The position numbers and the translations under genes were made by a program. This document shows positions 1-9,263 of a stretch of DNA of 64,000 bases, piece by piece. This stretch comes from Escherichia coli (GTDB lineage Bacteria; Pseudomonadota; Gammaproteobacteria; Enterobacterales; Enterobacteriaceae). Within the stretch, counting starts at the first letter, position 1; each line of letters starts with the position of its first letter. The notes beneath the pieces are model-generated. The model had not been told where the DNA came from, did no database searches, and saw only the letters and a list, made by a program, of their open reading frames with translations. The stretch lies in the NCBI RefSeq assembly GCF_030013205.1, contig NZ_CP122648.1; one strand, 5' to 3'.

Positions 1-1
1 T

Positions 2-1288
2 AGCGCCACACTCAAGCGCGTTCTTAATCATCCCGAAGAGACACAAGCCCGACGCTTAATGACGCTGGAAGATATCGTCAGTGGTTATTCCAATGTGTTG
101 ATTTCCCTGGCAGATAGCCAGGGTAAAACGGTGTATCACTCCCCCGGTGCGCCGGATATCCGCGAGTTTACGCGTGACGCCATACCCGATAAAGACACGC
201 GGGGCGGCGAGGTGTATCTCCTTTCCGGCCCGACGATTATGATGCCGGGCCACGGTCACGGGCATATGGAACACAGCAACTGGCGGATGATTAACTTGCC
301 GGTTGGCCCGTTGGTGGACGGCAAACCGATTTATACGCTCTACATCGCGCTTTCGATCGATTTTCATCTTCATTACATAAATGATTTGATGAATAAACTT
401 ATTATGACCGCATCGATCATCAGCATCCTGATCGTCTTTATCGTGCTGTTGGCGGTACATAAAGGTCACGCACCGATCCGCAGCGTCAGCCGTCAAATCC
501 AGAACATTACCTCGAAAGATCTCGACGTTCGCCTTGACCCGCAGACCGTGCCGATTGAGCTGGAACAGCTGGTACTGTCGTTCAACCATATGATCGAGCG
601 TATTGAGGATGTCTTTACTCGCCAGTCCAATTTCTCAGCGGATATCGCTCACGAAATTCGTACACCAATTACGAATCTCATAACGCAAACCGAAATCGCC
701 CTCAGCCAGTCACGCAGCCAGAAGGAGCTGGAAGATGTGCTCTACTCTAATCTCGAAGAGCTGACGCGAATGGCGAAAATGGTCAGCGATATGCTGTTTC
801 TCGCCCAGGCCGATAACAACCAGCTAATCCCCGAAAAGAAAATGCTCAACCTGGCGGATGAAATCGGCAAAGTGTTCGATTTTTTCGAGGCGCTAGCGGA
901 AGATCGCGGCGTGGAACTGCGGTTTGTTGGTGACGAGTGTCAGGTTGCGGGCGATCCGCTGATGCTGCGTCGGGCGTTAAGCAACCTGCTTTCGAACGCC
1001 CTGCGTTATACGCCGCCCGGAGAGGCGATTGTAGTGCGCTGCCAGACGGTCGATCACCAGGTGCAAGTTTCCGTCGAAAACCCCGGTACGCCCATTGCGC
1101 CCGAGCACTTACCGCGATTGTTTGACCGTTTCTACCGCGTTGACCCCTCCCGCCAGCGAAAAGGCGAAGGTAGCGGTATTGGGCTGGCGATAGTGAAATC
1201 GATTGTTGTCGCGCATAAAGGCACGGTTGCAGTAACGTCAGATGCTCGGGGGACAAGGTTTGTGATTATGCTGCCGGAGAGAGAGTGA
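2..1288 (+). CDS. cusS: Copper/silver-responsive sensor histidine kinase, 3' portion (5' end lies outside the window)
   Basis: Frame open from position 2 with no upstream stop; translation shows a TM segment, a HAMP-like linker, an H-box (SADIAHEIRTP) and an ATPase domain (GSGIGLAIVKS); position next to nfrB matches the K-12 map. Confidence 0.85.
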   Translation, partial: SATLKRVLNHPEETQARRLMTLEDIVSGYSNVLISLADSQGKTVYHSPGAPDIREFTRDAIPDKDTRGGEVYLLSGPTIMMPGHGHGHMEHSNWRMINLPVGPLVDGKPIYTLYIALSIDFHLHYINDLMNKLIMTASIISILIVFIVLLAVHKGHAPIRSVSRQIQNITSKDLDVRLDPQTVPIELEQLVLSFNHMIERIEDVFTRQSNFSADIAHEIRTPITNLITQTEIALSQSRSQKELEDVLYSNLEELTRMAKMVSDMLFLAQADNNQLIPEKKMLNLADEIGKVFDFFEALAEDRGVELRFVGDECQVAGDPLMLRRALSNLLSNALRYTPPGEAIVVRCQTVDHQVQVSVENPGTPIAPEHLPRLFDRFYRVDPSRQRKGEGSGIGLAIVKSIVVAHKGTVAVTSDARGTRFVIMLPERE

Positions 1289-1644
1289 TTATTAAGTTCA
1301 AATTCAGGGCGTGGTGCATCACCTCCTGGTATTGTTGATCAACAAATTAGAGAAAAACTTATTAAACATATGAAATATCGAAGGCTTTTATTTTTCAAAG
1401 TTTCACGAGATGTTTGTATATGAAACTTAGTTAAATCTGTGTTTCTTCCAATTGTAGATCACAATGCCCTTTCTAAATTTTCATCGTTATAAACAAGCCA
1501 TCTATCATATAAAGCAATGAATAATTTAATCGCGATTAATCATCATTAATTGTTATATTATTCACTCAATCTATTTATCAAGTGAATTTGATAAATTCCT
1601 AATTTAAAATATCCACTATTGAGCCAGTATTTAACAACGTTAAG

Positions 1645-1672
1645 ATGTGCAATGTGCAATGTGCAATGTGCA
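1645..1672. repeat. Perfect tandem heptanucleotide repeat (ATGTGCA) x4
   Basis: Read directly: atgtgca repeated four times inside the AT-rich 750-bp leader upstream of vgrG. Confidence 0.9.
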
Positions 1673-2038
1673 GATCATGTTATCAGGGTGGAGCGGTAGC
1701 ATATATTTCTTATGCAATCATTCATTTTAATAATGTTAATTGGATTATTTATTGCTGTGAATAAAAATATATTATGAATATTGGTTTAACTTTGCGTTTT
1801 TGTTACTCGTTGTGATATGCGTACCTGTCCTGAATAACGCCAAGAAACAAGAGGTTGAGCTTGTGATTATTTTTTTGACTGAACAGACACCCGTTTCTGT
1901 AAAGTAATATTTAAACAAAATTCTCACATAACCATAGCATTTTCTGTTCCTTCCCTAATAACGTCTGAAGTCGTCCCGCTTATCACATTATCCGCAGTTG
2001 TACGGTACGGATCATTATTCATTTTACTGGAGGTTGCT

Positions 2039-3925
2039 ATGTCAACCGGATTACGTTTCACACTGGAAGTGGACGGCCTGCCGCCGGATGCTTTTGCGGT
2101 GGTTTCCTTTCATCTGAACCAGTCACTCTCTTCGCTCTTTTCCCTCGATCTCTCCCTGGTCAGCCAGCAGTTTCTCTCCCTTGAATTTGCGCAGGTGCTG
2201 GACAAAATGGCCTACCTGACGATATGGCAGGGCGATGAAGTACAGCGCCGGGTGAAAGGCGTGGTGACCTGGTTTGAACTCGGGGAGAACGACAAAAACC
2301 AGATGCTGTACAGCATGAAGGTGCACCCGCCGCTGTGGCGTGCCGGTCTGCGCCAGAACTTCCGTATCTTCCAGAACGAGGACATCAAAAGCATCCTCGG
2401 CACGATGTTGCAGGAAAACGGGGTGACCGAATGGAGTCCGCTGTTCAGCGAGCCGCATCCTTCCCGTGAGTTTTGTGTCCAGTACGGTGAGACTGATTAC
2501 GATTTCCTGTGCCGGATGGCGGCGGAGGAAGGCATCTTCTTTTATGAGGAGCATGCTTACAAAAGTACCGACCAGAGCCTGGTGCTGTGCGACACAGTCC
2601 GCCATCTGCCCGAATCTTTTGAAATCCCATGGAACCCGAACACCCGTACCGAGGTGAGCACCCTCTGCATCAGCCAGTTCCGCTACAGCGCACAAATCCG
2701 CCCTTCTTCCGTGGTGACCAAAGACTACACCTTTAAACGCCCCGGCTGGGCCGGACGTTTTGAACAGGAAGGCCAGCACCAGGACTACCAGCGCACGCAG
2801 TATGAAGTGTATGACTACCCCGGACGTTTCAAGGGTGCCCACGGGCAGAACTTTGCCCGCTGGCAGATGGACGGCTGGCGAAACAATGCAGAAACCGCGC
2901 GGGGAATGAGTCGTTCGCCGGAGATATGGCCGGGACGACGAATTGTGCTGACGGGGCATCCGCAGGCGAACCTGAACCGGGAATGGCAGGTGGTGGCAAG
3001 TGAACTGCACGGCGAACAGCCACAGGCGGTGCCAGGACGGCAGGGAGCGGGGACGGCGCTGGAGAACCATTTTGCGGTGATCCCGGCAGACAGAACATGG
3101 CGACCACAGCCGTTGCTGAAACCGCTGGTCGACGGCCCGCAGAGCGCTGTCGTGACAGGACCGGCAGGCGAGGAAATCTTCTGCGACGAACATGGTCGCG
3201 TGCGGGTGAAGTTCAACTGGGACCGTTATAACCCGGCAGACCAAGACAGTTCGTGCTGGATCCGTGTGGCACAGGCGTGGGCAGGCACCGGTTTTGGCCA
3301 CCTGGCGATACCACGTGTGGGTCAGGAAGTCATTGTGGACTTCCTCAACGGCGATCCGGACCAGCCGATCATTATGGGGCGCACCTACCACCAGGAAAAC
3401 CGCCCCCCCGGCAGCCTGCCGGGAACAAAGACGCAGATGACCATCCGCTCCAAAACGTACATGGGCAGCGGATTTAATGAGCTGAAGTTTGATGATGCGA
3501 CAGGGAGAGAACAGGTCTACATCCACGCGCAGAAGAACATGGATACCGAAGTGCTCAACGACCGTACCACCACCGTAAAACACGATCACCGCGAAACCGT
3601 AAAAAATGACCAGACGGTCACGATCCAGGAAGGTAACCGCCTTCTTACGGTGGAAAAAGGCCACAAGATCACCGGAGTACTGAAAGGGTCTTTATCTGAG
3701 GATGTCTTTCAGGACAGAGGCACGATTGCCGGTTCGGTGCATGTTGACGCTGTAAACAATGGTGGCGAAGGCGACGGTATACAGGCTTATACGGCGATTA
3801 AGGAAATTTTGCTGGCCGTGGAGGAAAGCAAAATTGCGCTGACGCCGGATGGCATTCAGCTACAGGTCGGGGAATCGACGGTACCGGATCACAGGTGTCA
3901 GTCACACCGACGGGATCCGGCTTAA
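2039..3925 (+). CDS. vgrG: VgrG-family type VI secretion spike protein, apparently C-terminally truncated
   Basis: 628-aa ORF with a GGAGG ribosome-binding site; N-terminus MSTGLRFTLEVDGLPPDAF typical of E. coli VgrG; gp27-like and gp5 OB-fold regions recognisable; ORF ends shortly after the start of the beta-helix repeat region and overlaps the Rhs ORF in another frame. Confidence 0.85.
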   Translation: MSTGLRFTLEVDGLPPDAFAVVSFHLNQSLSSLFSLDLSLVSQQFLSLEFAQVLDKMAYLTIWQGDEVQRRVKGVVTWFELGENDKNQMLYSMKVHPPLWRAGLRQNFRIFQNEDIKSILGTMLQENGVTEWSPLFSEPHPSREFCVQYGETDYDFLCRMAAEEGIFFYEEHAYKSTDQSLVLCDTVRHLPESFEIPWNPNTRTEVSTLCISQFRYSAQIRPSSVVTKDYTFKRPGWAGRFEQEGQHQDYQRTQYEVYDYPGRFKGAHGQNFARWQMDGWRNNAETARGMSRSPEIWPGRRIVLTGHPQANLNREWQVVASELHGEQPQAVPGRQGAGTALENHFAVIPADRTWRPQPLLKPLVDGPQSAVVTGPAGEEIFCDEHGRVRVKFNWDRYNPADQDSSCWIRVAQAWAGTGFGHLAIPRVGQEVIVDFLNGDPDQPIIMGRTYHQENRPPGSLPGTKTQMTIRSKTYMGSGFNELKFDDATGREQVYIHAQKNMDTEVLNDRTTTVKHDHRETVKNDQTVTIQEGNRLLTVEKGHKITGVLKGSLSEDVFQDRGTIAGSVHVDAVNNGGEGDGIQAYTAIKEILLAVEESKIALTPDGIQLQVGESTVPDHRCQSHRRDPA

Positions 3926-6900
3926 ACTGACGTACCACGCCAGCGGCTACCTGAAAGCCATTCACCGCACGGATAACGGCATACAGACGCTGGCGACCTA
4001 CGAACAGGATGCGCGGGGGCGGCTGACAGAAGCGGATGCGCGGCTGGACTACCACCTGTTTTATGAGTACGACGCTGCGGACCGGATCATCCGCTGGTCC
4101 GATAACGACCAGACGTGGAGCCGTTTCACCTACGATGAACAGGGCCGGTGCGTGAATGTCACCGGGGCGGAGGGCTATTACAACGCCACGCTGGACTATG
4201 GTGACGGCTGCACCACCGTGACGGACGGCAAGGGCATTCACCGTTATTACTATGATCCTGACGGCAATATTCTGCGGGAAGCAGCGCCGGACGGCAGCAC
4301 CACCATGTATGAATGGGATGAATTCCATCACCTGCTGGCCCGTCACTCCCCTGCCGGGCGGGTGGAGAAATTTGAATACAACGCCGCACACGGTCAGTTA
4401 AGCCGTTACACGGCGGCAGACGGCGCGGAGTGGCAGTACCGCTATGATGAGCGCGGCCTGCTCAGCAACATCACCGACCCTGCCGGGCAGACGTGGACAC
4501 AGCAGTGTGATGAACGCGGCCTGCCGGTAAGTCTGGTGTCGCCACAGGGCGAAGAGACCCGGCTGGCATACACCGCTCAGGGGCTGCTGTCGGGAATATT
4601 CCGCCAGGATGAACGGCGTCTGGGCATAGAGTACGACCACCACAACCGGCCGGAAACACTCACCGACGTGATGGGCCGTGAACACCACACCGAATACAGC
4701 GGTCACGACCTGCCGGTGAAGATGCGCGGCCCCGGCGGTCAGTCAGTGCGGTTACAGTGGCAGCAGCACCATAAACTGAGCGGCATTGAACGTGCTGGAA
4801 CCGGCGCGGAAGGATTCCGCTACGACCGCCACGGCAACCTGCTGGCCTGGACGGACGGCAACGGCGTTGTCTGGACAATGGAATACGGCCCGTTTGATTT
4901 GCCGGTGGCGCGAACGGACGGTGAAGGCCACCGCTGGCAGTACCGCTACGATAAAGACACGCTGCAACTGACAGAAGTCATTAACCCGCAGGGTGAGTCA
5001 TATCTTTATGTTCTGGATAACTGCGGCCGGGTGACGGAAGAGCATGACTGGGGCGGCGTGGTCTGGCGTTACCGCTATGACGCCGATGGCCTGTGTACCG
5101 CCAGGGTCAACGGCCTGGAGGAAACCATCCTCTACAGCCGGGACGCCGCAGGCCGCCTGGCAGAAGTCATCACGCCGGAAGGCAAAACGCAGTATGCGTA
5201 TGACAAATCCGGCAGGCTTACGGGTATCTTCAGCCCGGACGGCACATCACAGCGCACCGGCTATGACGAACGCGGGCGGGTGAATGTCACCACTCAGGGC
5301 CGACGGGCCATTGAATACCACCACCCCGATGAACACACCGTCATCCGCTGTATCCTGCCACCGGAAGATGAACGCGACAGACACCCCGGTGAATCCCTGC
5401 TGAAAACCACGTACCGCTACAACGCCGCCGGAGAACTGACGGAGGTTATCCTGCCGGGGGATGAGACGCTGACGTTCAGCCGTGATGAGGCAGGACGTGA
5501 AGTGCTCCGGCACAGTAACCGGGGTTTTGCCTGTGAACAGGGCTGGAATGCAGCCGGCCAGTCTGTCAGCCAGCGCGCCGGATTTTTCCCGGAAGAAGCC
5601 ACATGGGGCGGGCTGGTTCCGTCACTGGCGCGGGAATACCGTTATGACAGCGCGGGCAATGTGTCGGCTGTCACCAGCCGGGAAGATTACGGACGGGAAA
5701 CACGGCGGGAATACCGGCTGGACCGGAACGGCCAGGTCACGGCGGTGACAGCCTCAGGCACCGGGCTGGGCTATGGCGAAGGCGATGAGTCCTATGGCTA
5801 TGACAGCTGCGGCTACCTGAAGGCGCAGTCTGCGGGCTGGCACCGGATAAGTGAAGAGACTGACCAGTATGCCGGAGGCCACCGGCTGAAACAGGCCGGA
5901 AACACGCAGTATGACTATGACGCCGCAGGCCGGATGGTCAGCCGCACCAGACACCGTGACGGCTATCGCCCGGAAACAGAGCGGTTCCGGTGGGACAGCC
6001 GTGACCAGCTGACCGGGTATTGCAGCGCACAGGGTGAGCAGTGGGAATACCGCCACGACGCCAGCGGCAGACGAACAGAGAAACGCTGCGACCGGAAGAA
6101 AATCCGCTTCACGTATCTGTGGGACGGCGACAGTATTGCGGAAATCCGGGAATACCGCGATGATAAACTGTACAGCGTACGGCACCTGGTGTTTAACGGC
6201 TTTGAGCTGATAAGCCAGCAGTTCAGCCGGGTACGGCAGGCGCATCCGTCGGTGGCCCCGCAGTGGGTGACACGGACGAATCATGCGGTGAGCGACCTGA
6301 CGGGCCGTCCGCTGATGCTCTTTAACAGTGAAGGTAAAACCGTCTGGCGACCGGGACAGACCAGCCTGTGGGGGCTGGCACTCAGCCTGCCCGCAGACAC
6401 CGGCTACCCGGACCCGCGCGGGGAACTGGACCCGGAAGCCGACCCCGGCCTGCTGTATGCGGGACAGTGGCAGGATGCAGAATCCGGGCTGTGCTATAAC
6501 CGGTTCCGGTATTACGAGCCGGAAACCGGGATGTACCTGGTGAGTGATCCGCTGGGGTTGCTGGGGGGTGAGCAGACTTACCGGTATGTGCCAAATCCGT
6601 GTGGGTGGGTTGATCCGCTGGGATTGGCTGCAAGTTCTAAAATCAGCAGTTTGATGGACTATATTGGCGATGGTCGTCGTGTTAGTGGGCATACGGGTTT
6701 CCTGGATGGGGTTCGTTTATCACGTAGTCAAATAAACAATATTGCTAAAGAAATGGAGAAGCTAGGAATTAAAGTAATAAGGAAAGCAGATAAATATTTG
6801 CCACCAAATGCTAGGGCAGCTTTTGATTATGGCCTTCGCAATATTTATCTTAGGAAAAATGCCACCTTATATGAGGTGTATCATGAAGTGATTCATGCTA

Positions 6901-7079
6901 AGCAATTTGCGAAAATTGGACGAGAAGCATACGAAGCACTAGGACGTTTATCTAGGGAGGAACACGTTCTAAATGAAATATTAAAAAGTAAAAATTTATT
7001 CAATGAAGCGGAAATAGCTCATGCCATAAAATATGTTGAGGGATTGAGAGAAAAATTCATGATGGGACTAATAAATTGA
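3849..7079 (+). CDS. Rhs-family YD-repeat protein lacking the usual N-terminal region, with a C-terminal HExxH-containing tip
   Basis: 1076-aa ORF full of YD repeats (e.g. RYDxxGRL, YxYDxxG); core ends in the hallmark PNPCGWVDPLGL motif (~6590-6630), followed by a ~149-aa AT-rich tip containing HEVIH (6882-6896). The first ATG is inside the repeat region and no PAAR-like N-terminus is present, so this may be a fragment or pseudogene. Confidence 0.8.
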   Translation: MAFSYRSGNRRYRITGVSHTDGIRLKLTYHASGYLKAIHRTDNGIQTLATYEQDARGRLTEADARLDYHLFYEYDAADRIIRWSDNDQTWSRFTYDEQGRCVNVTGAEGYYNATLDYGDGCTTVTDGKGIHRYYYDPDGNILREAAPDGSTTMYEWDEFHHLLARHSPAGRVEKFEYNAAHGQLSRYTAADGAEWQYRYDERGLLSNITDPAGQTWTQQCDERGLPVSLVSPQGEETRLAYTAQGLLSGIFRQDERRLGIEYDHHNRPETLTDVMGREHHTEYSGHDLPVKMRGPGGQSVRLQWQQHHKLSGIERAGTGAEGFRYDRHGNLLAWTDGNGVVWTMEYGPFDLPVARTDGEGHRWQYRYDKDTLQLTEVINPQGESYLYVLDNCGRVTEEHDWGGVVWRYRYDADGLCTARVNGLEETILYSRDAAGRLAEVITPEGKTQYAYDKSGRLTGIFSPDGTSQRTGYDERGRVNVTTQGRRAIEYHHPDEHTVIRCILPPEDERDRHPGESLLKTTYRYNAAGELTEVILPGDETLTFSRDEAGREVLRHSNRGFACEQGWNAAGQSVSQRAGFFPEEATWGGLVPSLAREYRYDSAGNVSAVTSREDYGRETRREYRLDRNGQVTAVTASGTGLGYGEGDESYGYDSCGYLKAQSAGWHRISEETDQYAGGHRLKQAGNTQYDYDAAGRMVSRTRHRDGYRPETERFRWDSRDQLTGYCSAQGEQWEYRHDASGRRTEKRCDRKKIRFTYLWDGDSIAEIREYRDDKLYSVRHLVFNGFELISQQFSRVRQAHPSVAPQWVTRTNHAVSDLTGRPLMLFNSEGKTVWRPGQTSLWGLALSLPADTGYPDPRGELDPEADPGLLYAGQWQDAESGLCYNRFRYYEPETGMYLVSDPLGLLGGEQTYRYVPNPCGWVDPLGLAASSKISSLMDYIGDGRRVSGHTGFLDGVRLSRSQINNIAKEMEKLGIKVIRKADKYLPPNARAAFDYGLRNIYLRKNATLYEVYHEVIHAKQFAKIGREAYEALGRLSREEHVLNEILKSKNLFNEAEIAHAIKYVEGLREKFMMGLIN

Positions 7080-7327
7080 TAAAACATAACAAAATAACTA
7101 TCGAAATGGCTCTTGACTTGGCTCGGCGTGAGTTAGAGTTAAGGGAAATTCCTTATATTAAAAATAGTCTACATGCCAATTACAGCTATAAATCTATTAG
7201 TATTGGTTCTAAGCAAGGTTGGTTAATTTCAGCGAAATTAAAAGTCCCTGAAACTTTTGAGCCTGATATGATATTTATTGAGATATCTGACCCAGAAGGT
7301 TTTATTAATATTCCTGATGTATTATAA
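7076..7327 (+). CDS. Small ORF immediately downstream of the Rhs tip; candidate cognate immunity protein
   Basis: 83-aa ORF with a TTG start overlapping the Rhs stop (alternative ATG at 7106); AT-rich like the toxin tip; position is the classic rhs-immunity arrangement. Function inferred from context only. Confidence 0.45.
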   Translation: MIKHNKITIEMALDLARRELELREIPYIKNSLHANYSYKSISIGSKQGWLISAKLKVPETFEPDMIFIEISDPEGFINIPDVL

Positions 7328-7441
7328 ACTACGTTAGAGGTTTTGTTATAAGGTAATCGGTTTCTTTACAGACCGCTGGCGTACATCGCACAGAGGCTGC
7401 TAACAGGGATATTCCTGCCTGGATGAACGCAAGGCAAGATC

Positions 7442-7753
7442 ATGGAAATAGTGATATACATCACTATTTCCATCCTGATTTTAGCTATCGCATTAATAAA
7501 ACAGCGGATGTTAGCCAATATCGAAACCAGTAACCCGTATCACGCCCAGTACATCCTGCGCCGCCGCGATGATTACCTGGTGCTGTTCGACCGTGATGCC
7601 CTGAGCTGCCGCTTCTTTTATGACGCCTTTCCGGGAATGCGTCTGCGCCACCAGGTGACCGGCGATACCGACGATGACCGCCTGGCACACAGCCCCGCAG
7701 ACCGGATGTATACAGGGAAAGATCATCAGAAGTACACTTTTTGTACTAAATAA
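7442..7753 (+). CDS. Hypothetical 103-aa ORF with hydrophobic N-terminus; possible orphan fragment
   Basis: ORF track; N-terminal 30 codons AT-rich and hydrophobic, remainder GC-rich; no recognisable motif. Confidence 0.25.
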   Translation: MEIVIYITISILILAIALIKQRMLANIETSNPYHAQYILRRRDDYLVLFDRDALSCRFFYDAFPGMRLRHQVTGDTDDDRLAHSPADRMYTGKDHQKYTFCTK

Positions 7754-7789
7754 TTCACATTTTATGTTTAAAAATTGAGATATTCCTCA

Positions 7790-9010
7790 TTACCTGAAGC
7801 TGTTTTTTATTGCTTATACATGATCAAATACTCCTTACATAATTAAGGAGAACAAAATGGAACTTAAAAAATTGATGGAACATATTTCTATTATTCCCGA
7901 TTACAGACAAGCCTGGAAAGTGGAACATAAATTATCGGATATTCTATTGTTGACTATTTGTGCCGTTATTTCTGGTGCGGAAGATTGGGAAGATATAGAG
8001 GATTTTGGGGAAACACATCTCGATTTTTTGAAGCAATATGGTGATTTTGAAAATGGTATTCCTGTTCACGATACCATTGCCAGAGTTGTATCCTGTATCA
8101 GTCCTGCAAAATTTCACGAGTGCTTTATTAACTGGATGCGTGACTGCCATTCTTCAGATGATAAAGACGTCATTGCAATTGATGGAAAAACGCTCCGGCA
8201 CTCTTATGACAAGAGTCGCCGCAGGGGAGCGATTCATGTCATTAGTGCGTTCTCAACAATGCACAGTCTGGTCATCGGACAGATCAGGACGGATGAGAAA
8301 TCCAATGAGATTACAGCTATCCCAGAACTTCTTAACATGCTGGATATTAAAGGAAAAATCATCACAACTGATGCGATGGGTTGCCAGAAAGATATTGCAG
8401 AGAAGATACAAAAACAGGGAGGTGATTATTTATTCGCGGTAAAAGGAAACCAGGGGCGGCTAAATAAAGCCTTCGAGGAAAAATTTCCGCTGAAAGAATT
8501 AAATAATCCAGAGCATGACAGTTACGCAATGAGTGAAAAGAGTCACGGCAGAGAAGAAATCCGTCTTCACATTGTTTGCGATGTCCCTGATGAACTTATT
8601 GATTTCACGTTTGAATGGAAAGGTCTGAAGAAATTATGCGTGGCAGTCTCCTTTCGGTCAATAATAGCAGAACAAAAGAAAGAGCCAGAAATGACGGTCA
8701 GATATTATATTAGTTCTGCTGATTTAACCGCAGAGAAGTTCGCCACAGCAATCCGAAACCACTGGCACGTGGAGAATAAGCTGCACTGGCGTCTGGACGT
8801 GGTAATGAATGAAGACGACTGCAAAATAAGAAGAGGAAATGCAGCAGAATTATTTTCAGGGATACGGCACATCGCTATTAATATTTTGACGAATGATAAG
8901 GTATTCAAGGCAGGGTTAAGACGTAAGATGCGAAAAGCAGCCATGGACAGAAACTATCTGGCGTCAGTCCTTGCGGGGAGCGGGCTTTCGTAATCTTGCC
9001 CTGCCTGCTC
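7790..9010. mobile_element. H-repeat (ISAs1-family) element; boundaries approximate
   Basis: Contains the 378-aa H-repeat transposase gene; this type of element is known to accompany Rhs elements. Ends were not mapped. Confidence 0.6.
7857..8993 (+). CDS. ISAs1-family (H-repeat-associated) transposase
   Basis: 378-aa ORF with AAGGAG ribosome-binding site; sequence [32 protein letters not shown] matches the YhhI/YdcC H-rpt protein family as I recall it. Confidence 0.85.
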   Translation: MELKKLMEHISIIPDYRQAWKVEHKLSDILLLTICAVISGAEDWEDIEDFGETHLDFLKQYGDFENGIPVHDTIARVVSCISPAKFHECFINWMRDCHSSDDKDVIAIDGKTLRHSYDKSRRRGAIHVISAFSTMHSLVIGQIRTDEKSNEITAIPELLNMLDIKGKIITTDAMGCQKDIAEKIQKQGGDYLFAVKGNQGRLNKAFEEKFPLKELNNPEHDSYAMSEKSHGREEIRLHIVCDVPDELIDFTFEWKGLKKLCVAVSFRSIIAEQKKEPEMTVRYYISSADLTAEKFATAIRNHWHVENKLHWRLDVVMNEDDCKIRRGNAAELFSGIRHIAINILTNDKVFKAGLRRKMRKAAMDRNYLASVLAGSGLS

Positions 9011-9263
9011 ACCTCCTCCAGGCACTTCCACTACATGATGACCTGCTCGGTGCCACCGCTCCTTTTCACTATGACGTTAACCTCCCTGTCCCAGGACACC
9101 ATGCTTTTGTCTACATTCTACGCAAACGGCAACTTTTATAACCAGTGTAAAAATAACGTGCCGCAATAGTCATACCTATTAATGGTAAAAAGCTGTCACA
9201 ATTCATAAAAAACCTTAATATACGCCACCCTAAACATAACCAGCGTTAATGTAAGGTTTTTGT

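Noticed and set aside
2123-3664. 513-aa ORF antisense to vgrG, and similar long antisense ORFs (5754-6692 in the Rhs core, 35658-36863 opposite cysS, 40263-40793 opposite ybcF)
   Set aside because: They lie entirely within well-supported genes on the other strand and have Arg/Pro/His-rich, low-complexity translations typical of antisense frames of GC-rich coding DNA.
3878-3918. KpnI (ggtacc) and BamHI (ggatcc) sites 30 bp apart at the vgrG/Rhs junction, suggesting an engineered cloning scar
   Set aside because: No other polylinker-like sites or vector sequence nearby; two 6-bp sites in GC-rich DNA are easily coincidental.
7735-7750. Shared 12-nt motif ttttgtactaaa at 7735-7750 and ~16512-16526, considered as a possible mobile-element end
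   Set aside because: Only 12 nt match, the flanks do not align, and the motif is AT-rich; most likely chance.
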